Source of the DNA: Eledone cirrhosa
Lineage: Eukaryota
Direction of reading: 5' to 3'
Assembly (NCBI GenBank): GCA_964016885.1
Contig: OZ024740.1
Location: 48,794,001 to 48,858,000 of the forward strand
Length of the DNA: 64,000 nt
Shown here: in pieces, positions 1 to 10,849 of the stretch
Layout of the letters: each line of letters opens with the position of its first letter
Numbering within the stretch: position 1 is the stretch's first letter
Notes under the pieces: generated by a model
Database searches by the model: none
Seen by the model: the letters and a program-made list of their open reading frames with translations, nothing else
What the model was told of the DNA's origin: nothing
Position numbers and translations under genes: made by a program

Positions 1-534
1 CCGATTCCCCTTCCTTGTCAGCAGGGAAAAAAAATGTGCTCCTCTCCTCATATTGTGCTCTCTACTCCCATCAAAGTCCTTGATTCTCTTTCCTTGTCCA
101 ATCCATACCATACCAACATTGAAAGCCAGACATGCTCTACAATATACTGTCAGATGCAGCTCATTCTCTTCAAGGCTACCTCCATAACCCAGTACTTGCT
201 CTACCACAGTGGAATGCCCCCCCACTTCTTCAGTAAGATGCATGTAGCTTGCCTCCTTATCCTCTCATCTTAAACACCCACCCCCATCACTGTCTCCACA
301 GTCTCACCAAATATGTGAGTACCTTAGTGTTGTAACGAGGTAGTGCTGGTGACACGACAAAAAGCAGCCGGCACAGCTTGTAAGGTAGTAATGCAGGCGC
401 CATGACAAAAAGCACCCAATCCACACTGTAAGGGCCATGATAAAAGGTTCCCAGAACATGCTGTAAAGTTGTTGGTATTGTTTCCGTTGGTCTTTCCAAT
501 TGCTAATACTATCTATCGGTTGCAACTCCAGGTA

Positions 535-634
535 GAAGCAGCAACGTGAAATAAAGTGTCGCCTGGTCCATTAATCGAACTCACAACCTCACGATTGCAA
601 ATCCAATTCTCTTACCACTCAGCCACGCGCCTTC
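535..634 (-). mobile_element. tRNA-derived SINE head (family B)
   Basis: Minus strand reads GGCGCGTGGCTGAGTGGTAAGAG...GTGAGTTCGATT, followed by the ACACTTTATTTCACGTTGCT body shared with the 11795 and 16208 copies. Confidence 0.7.
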
Positions 635-1024
635 ACTAAGGTGATATATATATATATCATCATCATCATCGTCCATCTTCCACGCTAGCATGGGTTTTGT
701 TCCATGTCTCGCTCGTACGGAAGTATCTCTGGAAGTTTTTTTTATAGCTGGATGCCCTTCCTAACACCAACCACATTTACAGTGTGGAATCTCCTGGCAC
801 CTTTTCACTCAGCGACGGGACAGGGAGGAAGGGGTAGGGTGTGTGGGTTGGGAATATGTTTGGAACACAGTGACTGAAGTTTTAGAGTTGCCATAACAAG
901 TGTGCTGATACCCAATATTTCAGTGGGTTTATTATGCTCCACTATTAGATTATATTATGTAGTCACTGTTACGGTGACGCTTCTACTTCTATTCTGTGTG
1001 TGTGTGTGTATAAATACATATATA

Positions 1025-2945
1025 TGTAGCGGTTGTCTCCCTTGTTGTGACTCACAACCCCAATAGATTAACAACATCTAGACGGAAAGTAGAACCCTTT
1101 CTGTAACTTCCGGCAGAGCCCTATAAAACGAATAGCCTTCGGCTCTCTCCCTCTCATTTTGCCCTTCCAGCGCCTGGCCTTCGCCAGGCATCTCGCGTTT
1201 GCCTGGCAATCCAAACGGTAACTGCTAACTTTGCTTCATTCTTTCATCTATTTCATTGACATGTCAACTATACTGTTAGATTGTTAATTAAATATTATAC
1301 ACACAAACCATGCCTCCTTGTTACATTCATACAACCCAGTATCTTCGCTATATTGGTAACCCTGACGTGATACGAACACGCAGCCGTTCATCGCTATAAG
1401 TGGTCACCCCGAAAAAAGAAAAAAATAGCAGATTCTGGAGTTGTGTGAGTAACATTACGAATACACAGCAAATTTATTGACAAACTATGAAAATACTCAG
1501 TAAAAGAAACGAACACACCAAGCACATGTGAAATTTTCGCACAGACAGACTTTTTCTCTCACGCATCAACTAACTGTCGCATTTCACGATATATATATAT
1601 GTTTCTCGTTTCTTACAACGAACACTTTCAAGACAAAAAAGAAATTTGATATTCTTTAAAAAACATTTCAACAGGAACATTTATTTTCGATGAACCATTG
1701 CCTTTTTTTTTTCATCGTTTTCTTCATCGTTAAAGTTTTTTTTTTTTTCCAAAGTTCACACCAATAATTATGCTAAGTGAAGCCTTTCTTTTTCATCATT
1801 GTCACTTTCACCATTGTACTATCATTTTCTCGCGCGTTAGAAATATTATTTTTTCAACCTAGCTTAACCTTGTGTTGGCACGTGTGGGCAGCACAAATTC
1901 TCGACTCACAGAGATAGCCGCACGCCAGATAACGTTTCTCGCCAAGGATTCTTCAGCCTTAAGCTATATTCTCCTATTTGCCGGTTTAAAAATTTACCAC
2001 GTAAATTTGCCGTTGAAAACTGCGCATTTATTCAGAATGCTTATTTCTTTGGTCGCTAGCCTCTTGACCCTTCCAGGTCAACGCATTCTCAACATCGACC
2101 ATCAACTTCGGCTGTTATTTCTAGCACTTTGCACAACTCATTTTTTCTTAAAAAAATTTTTTACTGTGAATTTAAACACCGAATACACTCACTCCGCGAG
2201 ACAGCAACACAGCTTCACCAACAACCAAAACCAGCAGAACAAGCCAGAGAATTTATTTTTGCAGCACTCTTCCTGTGAGAAAATCCATTCGGAGGTTGGA
2301 AATTTCACGATATACCACAGAACAGAAACCACCTGCATTCATTCTCTGGAACACACTTTCTTTCCTGCTGTCATGTGATTGCACACCTGTGAACTATATT
2401 TTGTACATTTGAACTTTGAGCTCTTCTCTTACTTTATTACATTGTATCTTTGGGTGATGGATAGATAGATGTCCAGTCGTTCTCTGGCCAAGAGCGGTTG
2501 GCTACCTTGATATCTATCATAGATTTTTGCAAACATTCTTTTCTCGTAATTTTCATGCCTGTTACAACATTCTCGCCAACTTGCTACATATTTCATGCGA
2601 TTTTTATATTCTAAAATTCTGGCGGGAGTCTCCCTTGTTGTGACTCACAACCCCAATAGATTAACAACATCTAGACGGGAAGTAGAACCCTTTCTGTAAC
2701 TTCTGGCAGAGCCCTATAAAACGAATAGCCTTCGGCTCTCTCCCTCTCATTTTGCCCTTCCGGCGCCTGATCTTCGCCAGGCGTCTCGCGTTTGCCTGGC
2801 AATCCAAACGGTAACTACTAACTTTGCTTCATTCTTTCATCTATTTCATTGACATGTCAACTATACTGTTAGATTGTTAATTAAATATTATACACACAAA
2901 CCATGCCTCCTTGTTACATTCATACAACCCAGTATCTTCGCTATA
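1025..2945 (+). mobile_element. Non-autonomous LTR retroelement (Gypsy-like termini) with two LTRs of about 320 bp
   Basis: Direct repeats at 1025-1352 and 2628-2945 (about 7 transitions by eye); TGTAGCG...CGCTATA termini; TATA-like CTATAAAA; PBS after the 5' LTR; purine run GGCGGGAG before the 3' LTR; flanked by (TA)n; no recognisable gag or pol. Confidence 0.9.
1354..1371 (+). promoter_or_regulatory. Primer-binding site complementary to the tRNA-Trp 3' end
   Basis: TGGTAACCCTGACGTGAT versus canonical TGGTGACCCCGACGTGAT (2 transitions), 1 nt after the LTR end. Confidence 0.85.
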
Positions 2946-3095
2946 TATATATATGTATATATATATATATACATATGCAAGCGTGGAACACGGACGTTAA
3001 ACGTTGATGATGATGATGATGATATATACATTTTCCTCTCACTCCCAATTTTTAACAGACTTTAAATCTCATTTCATATTTTTTATCCATAACAT

Positions 3096-3163
3096 CTCTG
3101 TCTGACGACCGATCCAGACGTATATTATTATTGCCTGGGATCCAGAAACCTTTGGTAATGGAG
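3096..3163 (+). ncRNA. Minimal type I hammerhead ribozyme motif (Penelope-associated type)
   Basis: Stem I CUCUGU/AUGGAG; CUGACGA 3102-3108; imperfect stem II GAUCC/GGAUC; GAAA 3145-3148; stem III ACC-uuu-GGU; GUA cleavage triplet ending at 3157. Confidence 0.7.
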
Positions 3164-3203
3164 TTATATTTTGTGTTGTTCACTTTCTAATATATATATA
3201 TAT

Positions 3204-3595
3204 GCTACGCCGTATTTTGACTAAAGAAATTAAAGAAATTATTTAGCCTGATAGTGGGGTTAAGAACTCTCGGAGAAATGTAAAAAGATGAGTATTGACG
3301 TACATGGGAGTCAAACCCACATCTTTGGTTATCCGGACCACTGTGATACCATTTACACCAACACATCACCCGTCTTTTTCCATTCAAATTAGAAGCTATA
3401 AACTTAGCGACTGTAATGTCAAGTAAGAATATTTTCGAAACAGCGAGTGGGTTTGAAATTATTAGAAATGTAAGCTACGTCGAGGGTTCTTAACCCCACT
3501 ATCAGGCTAAATAATTTCTTTAGTCAAAATACGGCGTAGCTTACATTTCTAATAATTTCAAACCCACTCGCTGTTTCGAAAATATTCTTACTTGA
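3204..3595. mobile_element. Small element with split inverted repeats (A-tRNA-B-A'-B') in (TA)n
   Basis: A 3204-3272 is the reverse complement of 3481-3540; B 3419-3479 is the reverse complement of 3535-3595; TA runs lie on both sides. Confidence 0.75.
3296..3367 (-). pseudogene. Pseudo-tRNA (Pol III promoter unit) inside the split-repeat element
   Basis: Box A TGGTGTAAATGG; T-arm GTGGG-TTTGACT-CCCAT; acceptor stem GATGTGT/GTACGTC; degenerate anticodon loop; T5 run just downstream (3282-3286). Confidence 0.7.
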
Positions 3596-3601
3596 TATAT
3601 A

Positions 3602-5043
3602 TCTAATATATATCTAATATATATTTGTGAAATGGGCAGTGGTTGAAATTCAAATGTGCACGGTTAAATGGTAGTAGACGTGGACTGACATGGTAGTAGA
3701 CACGGACTGACATGAAAATTTACACACCTATGTAAAAAGTGCCAAGGAAGCAAATAGATGAGGTTTCAAATCTCTAACTTGAAAAATGTGGTTCCTGAGG
3801 CCCCAAAACTATCGCGTTCGGTGAGTTATTTCCCCGTTCTAATACTTTTGTCCTATTTACAATTTCATCATCCTTCTACATTTAACGATCATACAGTACC
3901 GTTTTATGAAATCGATTCTGCAGTACGGTCACTCTTTTCCATCAAAAGAAATAAAACCCTCGGCGATACTTGGTTTTAGTGTCCTAAATTATCATCATCG
4001 ACATTCAATTATTAGCTCCACCCACTACACGATACGTCACGAAGGTAAATGTTTCGAAAAAAATTTAAACTGTATATCGCAACAATATATTGTTTAAAGT
4101 AATTTTTTTTCTGTTGTTAAAAACTGTAAATCTGTTTTTAAAAAAATGTATTTCGCAGCAATTTTTTTTCTGTTAAAAACTGTAAATAAATATTCATGTA
4201 AAAATGAAGCATAGTGTTTCGGTTAAATACATTTTTTTAAAAACAGATTTACAGTTTTAAACAACAGAAAAAAATTTCTTTAAACAATATATTGTTGCGA
4301 TATACAGTTTAAAATGTTTTCGAAACATTTACCTTCGTGACGTATCGTGTGTTAAAAAAAAAAATGTATTTCGCAGCAATTTTTTTCTGTTAAAAACTGT
4401 AAATAAATATTCATGTAAAAATGAAGCATAGTGTTTCGGTTAAAAACTTAAAAACTGTAAATAAATATTCATGTAAAAATGAAGCATAGTTTTTGTGAAA
4501 AACTAAATAAATATTTATTTTGTTCAAAAAATAAATCAAAAATCTAATTTTCTCTGTTAATATTTTAATAAATATTTATTCTAAAAATTCAATGTTTTTT
4601 CGTGTAAAAATGAAGCATGTAAGAAAATGAACATGTACAAATCAAGCAGCAGCAGCTGATGACGTGTTGTGACGTATCGTGTAGTGGGTGGAGCTAATAA
4701 TTGAATGTCGATGATGATAATTTAGGACACTAAAACCAAGTATCGCCAAACTCTTAAATTGCGAAGAAGGGACGCGTGTTTTTATTTTAATTCTAATACA
4801 TGTTAACCACCACTAACAGTAAGTAGTATTTTTCAAATTGCATATCATCGACATTGCTATTTCGCTGTTAATAAACAACGTTTTTCACGTCGCTCCACTT
4901 CTCATTGTACGCCGTCCAGCCCCAAGTGCATATTTCTATTTTTTTTCCTGAAACTGCTTCTTTATAATAAATTTTCAATAATATTTTTCAAATTATTAAC
5001 TTAATAAAAAGTGGCTCCGGGTGCAACCGGGCTCAGCTGCTAG
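3602..5043 (+). mobile_element. Non-autonomous Helitron-like element with internal nested inverted repeats
   Basis: 5' A^TCTAATATATAT (start at 3602 or 3613); 3' GC-rich hairpin CCGGGTGCAACCGGG then CTAG^T at 5040-5044. Confidence 0.7.
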
Positions 5044-5138
5044 TATATATATATTTTCACCCCCACATACACACTGGAACTCATTGTGCTATTGAGGGGA
5101 GATAACTCTTATATACTCATTATATAAGTAACTACGTC

Positions 5139-5326
5139 GGTGGATTGGCAGTATCGGTAGAGGGTCGGACAATATGCTTTGATGCATAGAGTTACGGCCT
5201 TTGCCATTCTGAGTTCAAATCGCGTCGAGGTTAACTTTGCCTTTCATCCTTATGGGGTCGATAAAATAAAGTACCAGTAATGTACTGGTTATTTGCTGGC
5301 CTTGTGCCAAAAGTAGAAACAATTAT
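5139..5326 (+). mobile_element. tRNA-derived SINE (family A)
   Basis: GGTGGATTGGCAG head, GAGTTCAAAT box B, conserved core TTTGCCTTTCATCC...GTCGATAAAATAAAGTACCAG and tail GGCCTTGTGCC...GAAAC; more than ten copies in the window. Confidence 0.8.
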
Positions 5327-6149
5327 ATAAGTAAATATACATATACCTATATCTGATTGGAAATAAATTGCATGAAATAAATTGAAAATGAAATAAAATA
5401 TAAAAATATAAAGGAGAACAGAAAACAAAATGCAGCAGGAAAATAGGATGGAGTGACGGTGAGGAAAGTTTTACCATACAGGGAGTAAAATTATGTGGGG
5501 TTTCTTTCGAAGAGGACACGCAGAAAAAGCCCATAGAAATCCACAGCCAACTTGACTGCACTGCTAGAGTATGTTCCCCTTCCCAGTTGTCTTCTTCCAA
5601 TCTAAAGGTACATACTCAGAGCAAAAACATTCATTCAAACCATACTCGCCACTCTCTTCTATTCAACAAACTGGTTAGAAGACAACACTTCCCTCTGCAT
5701 TCTGATTTTCCCCTTCAAGTGAAACTTGAAAGAATCAATTAGGACTTCGTCGAAGTGGAAAATGCTTGTCCTCAACCATTTCAACTGCGTCCATCATAAA
5801 TAATGATTTCTTTATCGGCCACAAGGGCCTCATAAATAATAACAATAATAATGATGATGACAACAAATGCACTACATAGACTTTACATAGCCACCACCTG
5901 ACACTAAAACATATAACACAACTTCCACATGACATATAAAACTCAATGAGCTCCTAATAAATTTAACACAAACAAATAACATAGTACATACTCTATACAA
6001 CAAACAAATAAAACACTATAGTAAGACCAGAAATAGCAGAGCAAATCAGATATAACACGAACAATAATACTGCAAACACCTCAGGAATACAGAGGTATAC
6101 CCACTGCTGCAGTAGAAATTCACATGAAACTGCAGATAACATGAAGAAC

Positions 6150-7620
6150 CACCACCACCACCACCACCACCACCACTACTACCCAGGTCTTTCATGGTCT
6201 ACCTCTACTCCGGCTTCCCTCCACTGTGAGTCTCAGCGATATGAGATAAGCTCTCACCACCTCCACTTAGGTCTTCCTTGGTCTACCTCTATTGTGGCTT
6301 CCCTCCACTGGAATCTCCTGGCACCTCTTCACCCAACAACTACCATCCATGCCAATGCAGTCTTCTCTCTTCCACACCAATTCTGATATCTCTTAAATTC
6401 AGTTTCTCCCTCAGTTCATCCAAGCTCTGCCTTTCTCTCACATTTCCATTGTACATCCAGCAAAGCATGGTTGCTTAATTTCTCTTCAGCCTACACGTCC
6501 TGTGTAGTCACAGCCCATGTTTCACTACCATGCAGCATCGTACTTCACGCACAGGCGTCATAGAATCATCATTTTTTTTTTGGGGGGGGGGGGGGGCTTT
6601 TGTTGTCATCAGTGGGGGTAGCTCTCTAAACACCTTCCATTCTATCCTTATTCTAGCTATTATGCACTCAGAGCACCCTCCACTGCTAATTAAGTCACCT
6701 AGATAGCAGAAGCTATCAACCACTTCTATGGATCCTTCCTGTGATTGGAAAATACTTATATCACTGACGCTCTACCCTCGATTTCCCCTGGGCATTTTCT
6801 ACATACAAAGTCTTCCCTTCCAGTTAGTCTACCTGTTATCTCACTACATCTCTTGTGTACCCAAAATTTACATTATGTACATTGTATAGAGTTTATGCCT
6901 TCTCCTTTTCTACACATTGAGCAGGGCCACTACCCTGAAGGGATCAGGTTTCTAGCTTCTTTCCTACTTACTACCACTTTAGTTTTGGCTAAGTTTACTC
7001 TCAGACCTTTTGATACCAAATTCTGTTTTCATAGTCGGAACCTACACTTAGTTCTTTTATGGATTCAGCTATATGGACCAGATCATCTGCATAGAGTAGT
7101 TCCCATGGACAGCCAGTCTTATACTCCTTTGTTATGGTCTGAAGAATTATGATGAATAGTAGTGGACTAAGAATCGAACTCTGATGAACTCCTACCTGTA
7201 CCTTGAATTCCTCACTAAACTAACTTCCTACTCTCACTTTACTAACAGCTCCTCTGTACATGACTTGCACTGCTCTCACAAGCCATCTTCTATATCTAAT
7301 TTCTTTAAGGACCACCAAATAATAGATCAAGGTACTCTATCAAAGACTTTTTCTAGATCAACAAAATCTAGGAATAGTGGCTTATTCTTGGTGAGGAACT
7401 TCCTTGTAGTTATCTCACAAAGAAGAGGACGTCTGTGGTACTTTTTCCAGGCATAAACTGAATTGCATTTCATCTAATTTGATATTTTCCCTAATTAGCT
7501 GTGCTATAACTCTTTCTGTCACTTTCATAACTTCGTCCATTAGTTTTATTCCTCTGTAGTTGCTCCTATCTAGAGGATCACCCTTGTGGCAATTTATGAT
7601 TGTACTGCTGTGCCAGTTTA
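6150..7620 (-). mobile_element. Degenerate RTE-clade LINE fragment (RT region)
   Basis: Minus-strand remnants KGDPLDRSNYRGIKL, WPCS.C, VDSFCYLGDLISSGG and RGRPR; homologous to the 58394 ORF; frameshifted. Confidence 0.85.
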
Positions 7621-7729
7621 GGTCTGGAAAAAATAAAATAGTAAAAGCTGGAATGTTATTCATCATAGGTTTCTTCAATCAATGGCTAGGAAATATCAAC
7701 AGCCAAATAGTATTATCAGTCAATGAGGG

Positions 7730-8148
7730 AGCCTCTATGTAGTCACTCAACCTGCTAGAAATAGTAATCAAATCTCCCTCAAATCCCACCTTACTGTCAT
7801 AAGAAAGAAACATTGGATAATATATTATTTGATTTTTTTTTATCTAGGAAAAGAAGACAGGATGGTCAAAGGTGGAAGGCTTTTAATAATATATCTGCTC
7901 AACCAGGGGGCTGACCAAGCACTGAACAACAGCAACATTAACAGAACAAATAAGGGAGTCTCAATGGGGTCGCTCAACATGTTAGAAATAGGTGTCAAAC
8001 TTCAATCAAATCACTTTTCTATCTTAAAAAGAGGACACATTTGATAATGTGGCTCTGAATGCAAACTAGCTGATAGAAAGACAAGATTGTCAAGGCTTGA
8101 ATGCTTTTGATCATAGGTTGGTTCAGTCAGAGTTAACCACCAACAACA
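7730..8148 (+). mobile_element. Two tandem copies of a SINE-like repeat (family D)
   Basis: CAACCTGCTAGAAATAG...AAATCTCCCTCAAATC...GGATGGTCA motif, also present at about 26270, 36780, 39690, 47480 and 47700. Confidence 0.6.
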
Positions 8149-8182
8149 GCTGGACTTTATTATTTAAGGAAATTACACAGAC

Positions 8183-8348
8183 CTTCTCTTGAGCACAAGA
8201 ATGTTCCAGTTAGATTGGTGTCCACTACAGCATTCCATCCTTTTAAATTGATATTTTCAGATGGGCTTAAGAATTGTCCTCCACCATTATTAATAAGAAA
8301 ATCTAGTTTTCCATGTTTAGATATTGTAGAAGAGATTAAATTTTTGAC
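8183..8348 (-). CDS. PECR: PECR-like, coding exon 3 (gene probably continues left of the window)
   Basis: tttacAG acceptor and GT donor; 166 bp; VKNLISSTISKHGKLDFLINNGGGQFLSPSENINLKGWNAVVDTNLTGTFLCSRE. The NNGGGQF motif is typical of PECR. No further exon was found in 1-8182. Confidence 0.92.
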
Positions 8349-8454
8349 CTGTAAATTACCATAGAAAAATATTTGATATATGAACGAGAAGTCAAGAATT
8401 TGAACTCAAAACAAACAAAAATAATAAATCATAATGAAGTCATCAACTTCTTAC

Positions 8455-8588
8455 CTCTTCTTCTTTACGTATGTTACATACAATGGAACTAATACTGTTA
8501 GAACTATTTTCTGGAATTGTCTGCTGGAGTCTCTGGACTTGTTCTTTAAGGCGATCTGCTTTTCTGGATGCTATTATTACACTGCAGC
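8455..8588 (-). CDS. PECR: PECR-like, coding exon 2
   Basis: ttacAG acceptor and GTAAG donor; 134 bp; reads (G)CSVIIASRKADRLKEQVQRLQQTIPENSSNSISSIVCNIRKEEE, in phase with exon 1. Confidence 0.9.
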
Positions 8589-8621
8589 CTGTAAGTATTT
8601 AGAGAAAAGTCAAGCATTAAA

Positions 8622-8775
8622 GTGTGGCAAATTAGCAGAGTCGTTAGAATGTTGAATAGAATGCTTTATGGTATTTGTTTCAGCTCTCTGCTTTCTGAGT
8701 TCAAATTCCGCTGAGGTCAACTTTGCCTTTCATCCTTTCAAGCTCGATAAAAAAAGTACCAGTCTAGTACTGGGG
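8622..8775 (+). mobile_element. tRNA-derived SINE (family A), partial
   Basis: Same head, box B and core as 5139-5326. Confidence 0.75.
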
Positions 8776-8847
8776 TCTATTCTTCCTCTATATATTTCTC
8801 ATTTCCATTCTTTCACTTTCTGTCTTTCTCTGGAAAAAATCTGCTGT

Positions 8848-8928
8848 ACTCAAGCCTGAAGAGGGATGGGCTACACCAGGCTTAAAATGTCCAAGAAATG
8901 CTGTATGTCAATACAGCGTCACTACGAA
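8848..8928 (+). ncRNA. Hammerhead ribozyme motif with long stem III and degenerate stem I
   Basis: CUGAAGA 8856-8862; GGAUG/UGUCC stem II; GAAA 8895-8898; 9-bp stem III AUGCUGUAU-guca-AUACAGCGU; GUC triplet 8918-8920. Confidence 0.6.
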
Positions 8929-9362
8929 TCTATCAGGAGTTACAGGATAATACATACATAGATACAAGCATTAAAATGGTTTTATAAAAACAAGTGTTAT
9001 ATAACCATTTTCCCTGCTAAAACAGAGTTAGTCGTTTAGGCTTCATGATAGGCTTCATACACGTCGTGAGGTCCTGTTTGAGACAATCTTTTATAGCCCA
9101 ATGCCCTACCTGGTGCCAACATTTTTAATTACTACCAGAAAGAACATCCAGCTGTAAAAACATAGACACACATTTTAGGTGAAACATAAGAGTTAATTGT
9201 ATTTAGGACCGGGGAAGGAGAAGGGGGCAGCACCTAACCCTAACCATAGAAATTTATTTGTGCTGGACTTTTTAGTTTTATCCCTTTGACAATGAGAACT
9301 ATATTTTTAACAATAAATATTTAATGTCCTCCATGTGGCAAAATTCATCAAATGCTCTCAAC

Positions 9363-9790
9363 TTATACCATAGCTATATACAGCTTTAAATAGATAGCTG
9401 GAGAGCGGCTGACAAAGGTCTTGCTCAGTGATGCTAAGACACCCTTGGCCTTCTTGACAATTTTAGAGACGTGCTTCGTCCAAGGCAAATTGCTGCTGAC
9501 AGTAATGCCCAGGTTACGTTCACAAGAAGACTTCTTAATAGTGTTGTGTGGGGAGTATGTGGATGCTGGGCTTTTCCTCCCAAAATGCATGGTGGTACAC
9601 TTGTCCACAGCCAACTTGAGTTGCCAGTCCATGATCCATTGTTGCATTGTGTCCAGGTCAGATTGCAGGAAAGATCTATAGTGTTAAGGATCAGTCCTTT
9701 TTATCTCAAGGTACAGCTTGATGTCGTCTGCGTACTTTAGTACTGTGGCATTCTTTAAGTTGGCATCTATGTCATTAATATATGCAACAA
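9363..9790 (-). mobile_element. CR1-clade LINE RT fragment
   Basis: YINDID...KYADDIKLY and W...WQLKL..DKC..MHFG...ERNLGITVS, typical of CR1 RT. Confidence 0.9.
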
Positions 9791-10367
9791 TCACTTATCT
9801 ATTTGCATACTTGCAAATTGCTTGTTTCTGAATTGTTATTTACTTCTAAACATTCCTAGTGTATATCATTCTCATTGTATGTATGCCTATACTTTTCCCT
9901 CCCATTTCAACCCCTCCATTCTAAGCAACCTTTATTTCCTTCTGACTCTAAGTGCCACATAACTTCTCTTATTATATCTAATATTTATTCTAACCACCAA
10001 CTATCTAATGAGCTGCTACCAACAAAATTTGAAGTCAGTCACCTTTCATTTCATTTTGGCTCTATATCAATATTTGTTTCTACTTTAGGCACAAGGCCAG
10101 CAATTACCCAGTTCATTACTGGTACTTTATTTTATCGACCCCGTAAGGATGAAAGGCAAAGTCAACCTCGGCGGGATAATATTGTCAGTTGTTTGTAAAC
10201 ACATACTCCAAGTATATATATATGTATGTGTGTGTGTGTGTGTATATGCTGGCGTGTGTGTGTGTACACACACACATTTTGTGAGTTAGCACAGCTGATT
10301 ATATCGATCTGCTGTAATTAACTGGGACTTTATTTAGTAAATGTATTTTTAAAAAACTCACCAATTT

Positions 10368-10832
10368 CAGCGGGAAATGACTTTTTATTTTTGTTTTTTG
10401 TTTTCTTCCGTGTGCTACCAAGCAATGTTACCTCCGAACATGCTGCAAAGGAGTTTTGTCCCCGAAAAACGGAGAGGGAACGGGGAACCCTTGGACCTGA
10501 TCCCCCTCTCCTTGAGTTTTCTTTACCTCCTAACCCCAACCCTATCTCCGGCGAAGTGGTGGAAAGACCAAGGGACCCCCATCTTTCCGCTGTTTTCCGT
10601 GGAAAAAGAGTCTTTTGCATCATGTTCGGAGGTAAGATTAGTTGGTAACACAGGAAAAAGCTGAGGGAAAAAGAAATGGTAAAGAAAATTCAGGGATGGG
10701 GGCATCAGAGGGGCCTCCTCTTCTCACTCTCTTCTTTCTGGGGTAAAAAGTCCTTTGCAGCAGAGTTAAGTTTAATTGATAGCAAACGAAGAAGAAAAGA
10801 AAAAAAAATGAGGAAAAAACTTATTTCCCACT
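10368..10832. mobile_element. MITE-like element with internal inverted repeats
   Basis: Ends AGCGGGAAATGA and TATTTCCCACT; internal inverted pair at about 10400-10480 and 10582-10660; CTAACCCCAACCCTA motif. Confidence 0.45.
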
Positions 10833-10849
10833 TTCGGCCTCCACTCGCT

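Noticed and set aside
1872-2378. 168-aa ORF inside the LTR element as gag or env
   Set aside because: Non-ATG start and no CCHC, protease, RT or integrase motifs; it cannot be supported as coding.
3296-3367. Functional tRNA gene
   Set aside because: TTTGA instead of TTCGA in the T-loop, a non-canonical anticodon loop, and many G-U pairs in the acceptor stem.
6141-6386. Poly-His protein ORF
   Set aside because: It is a (CAC)n microsatellite plus the antisense of an RTE fragment.
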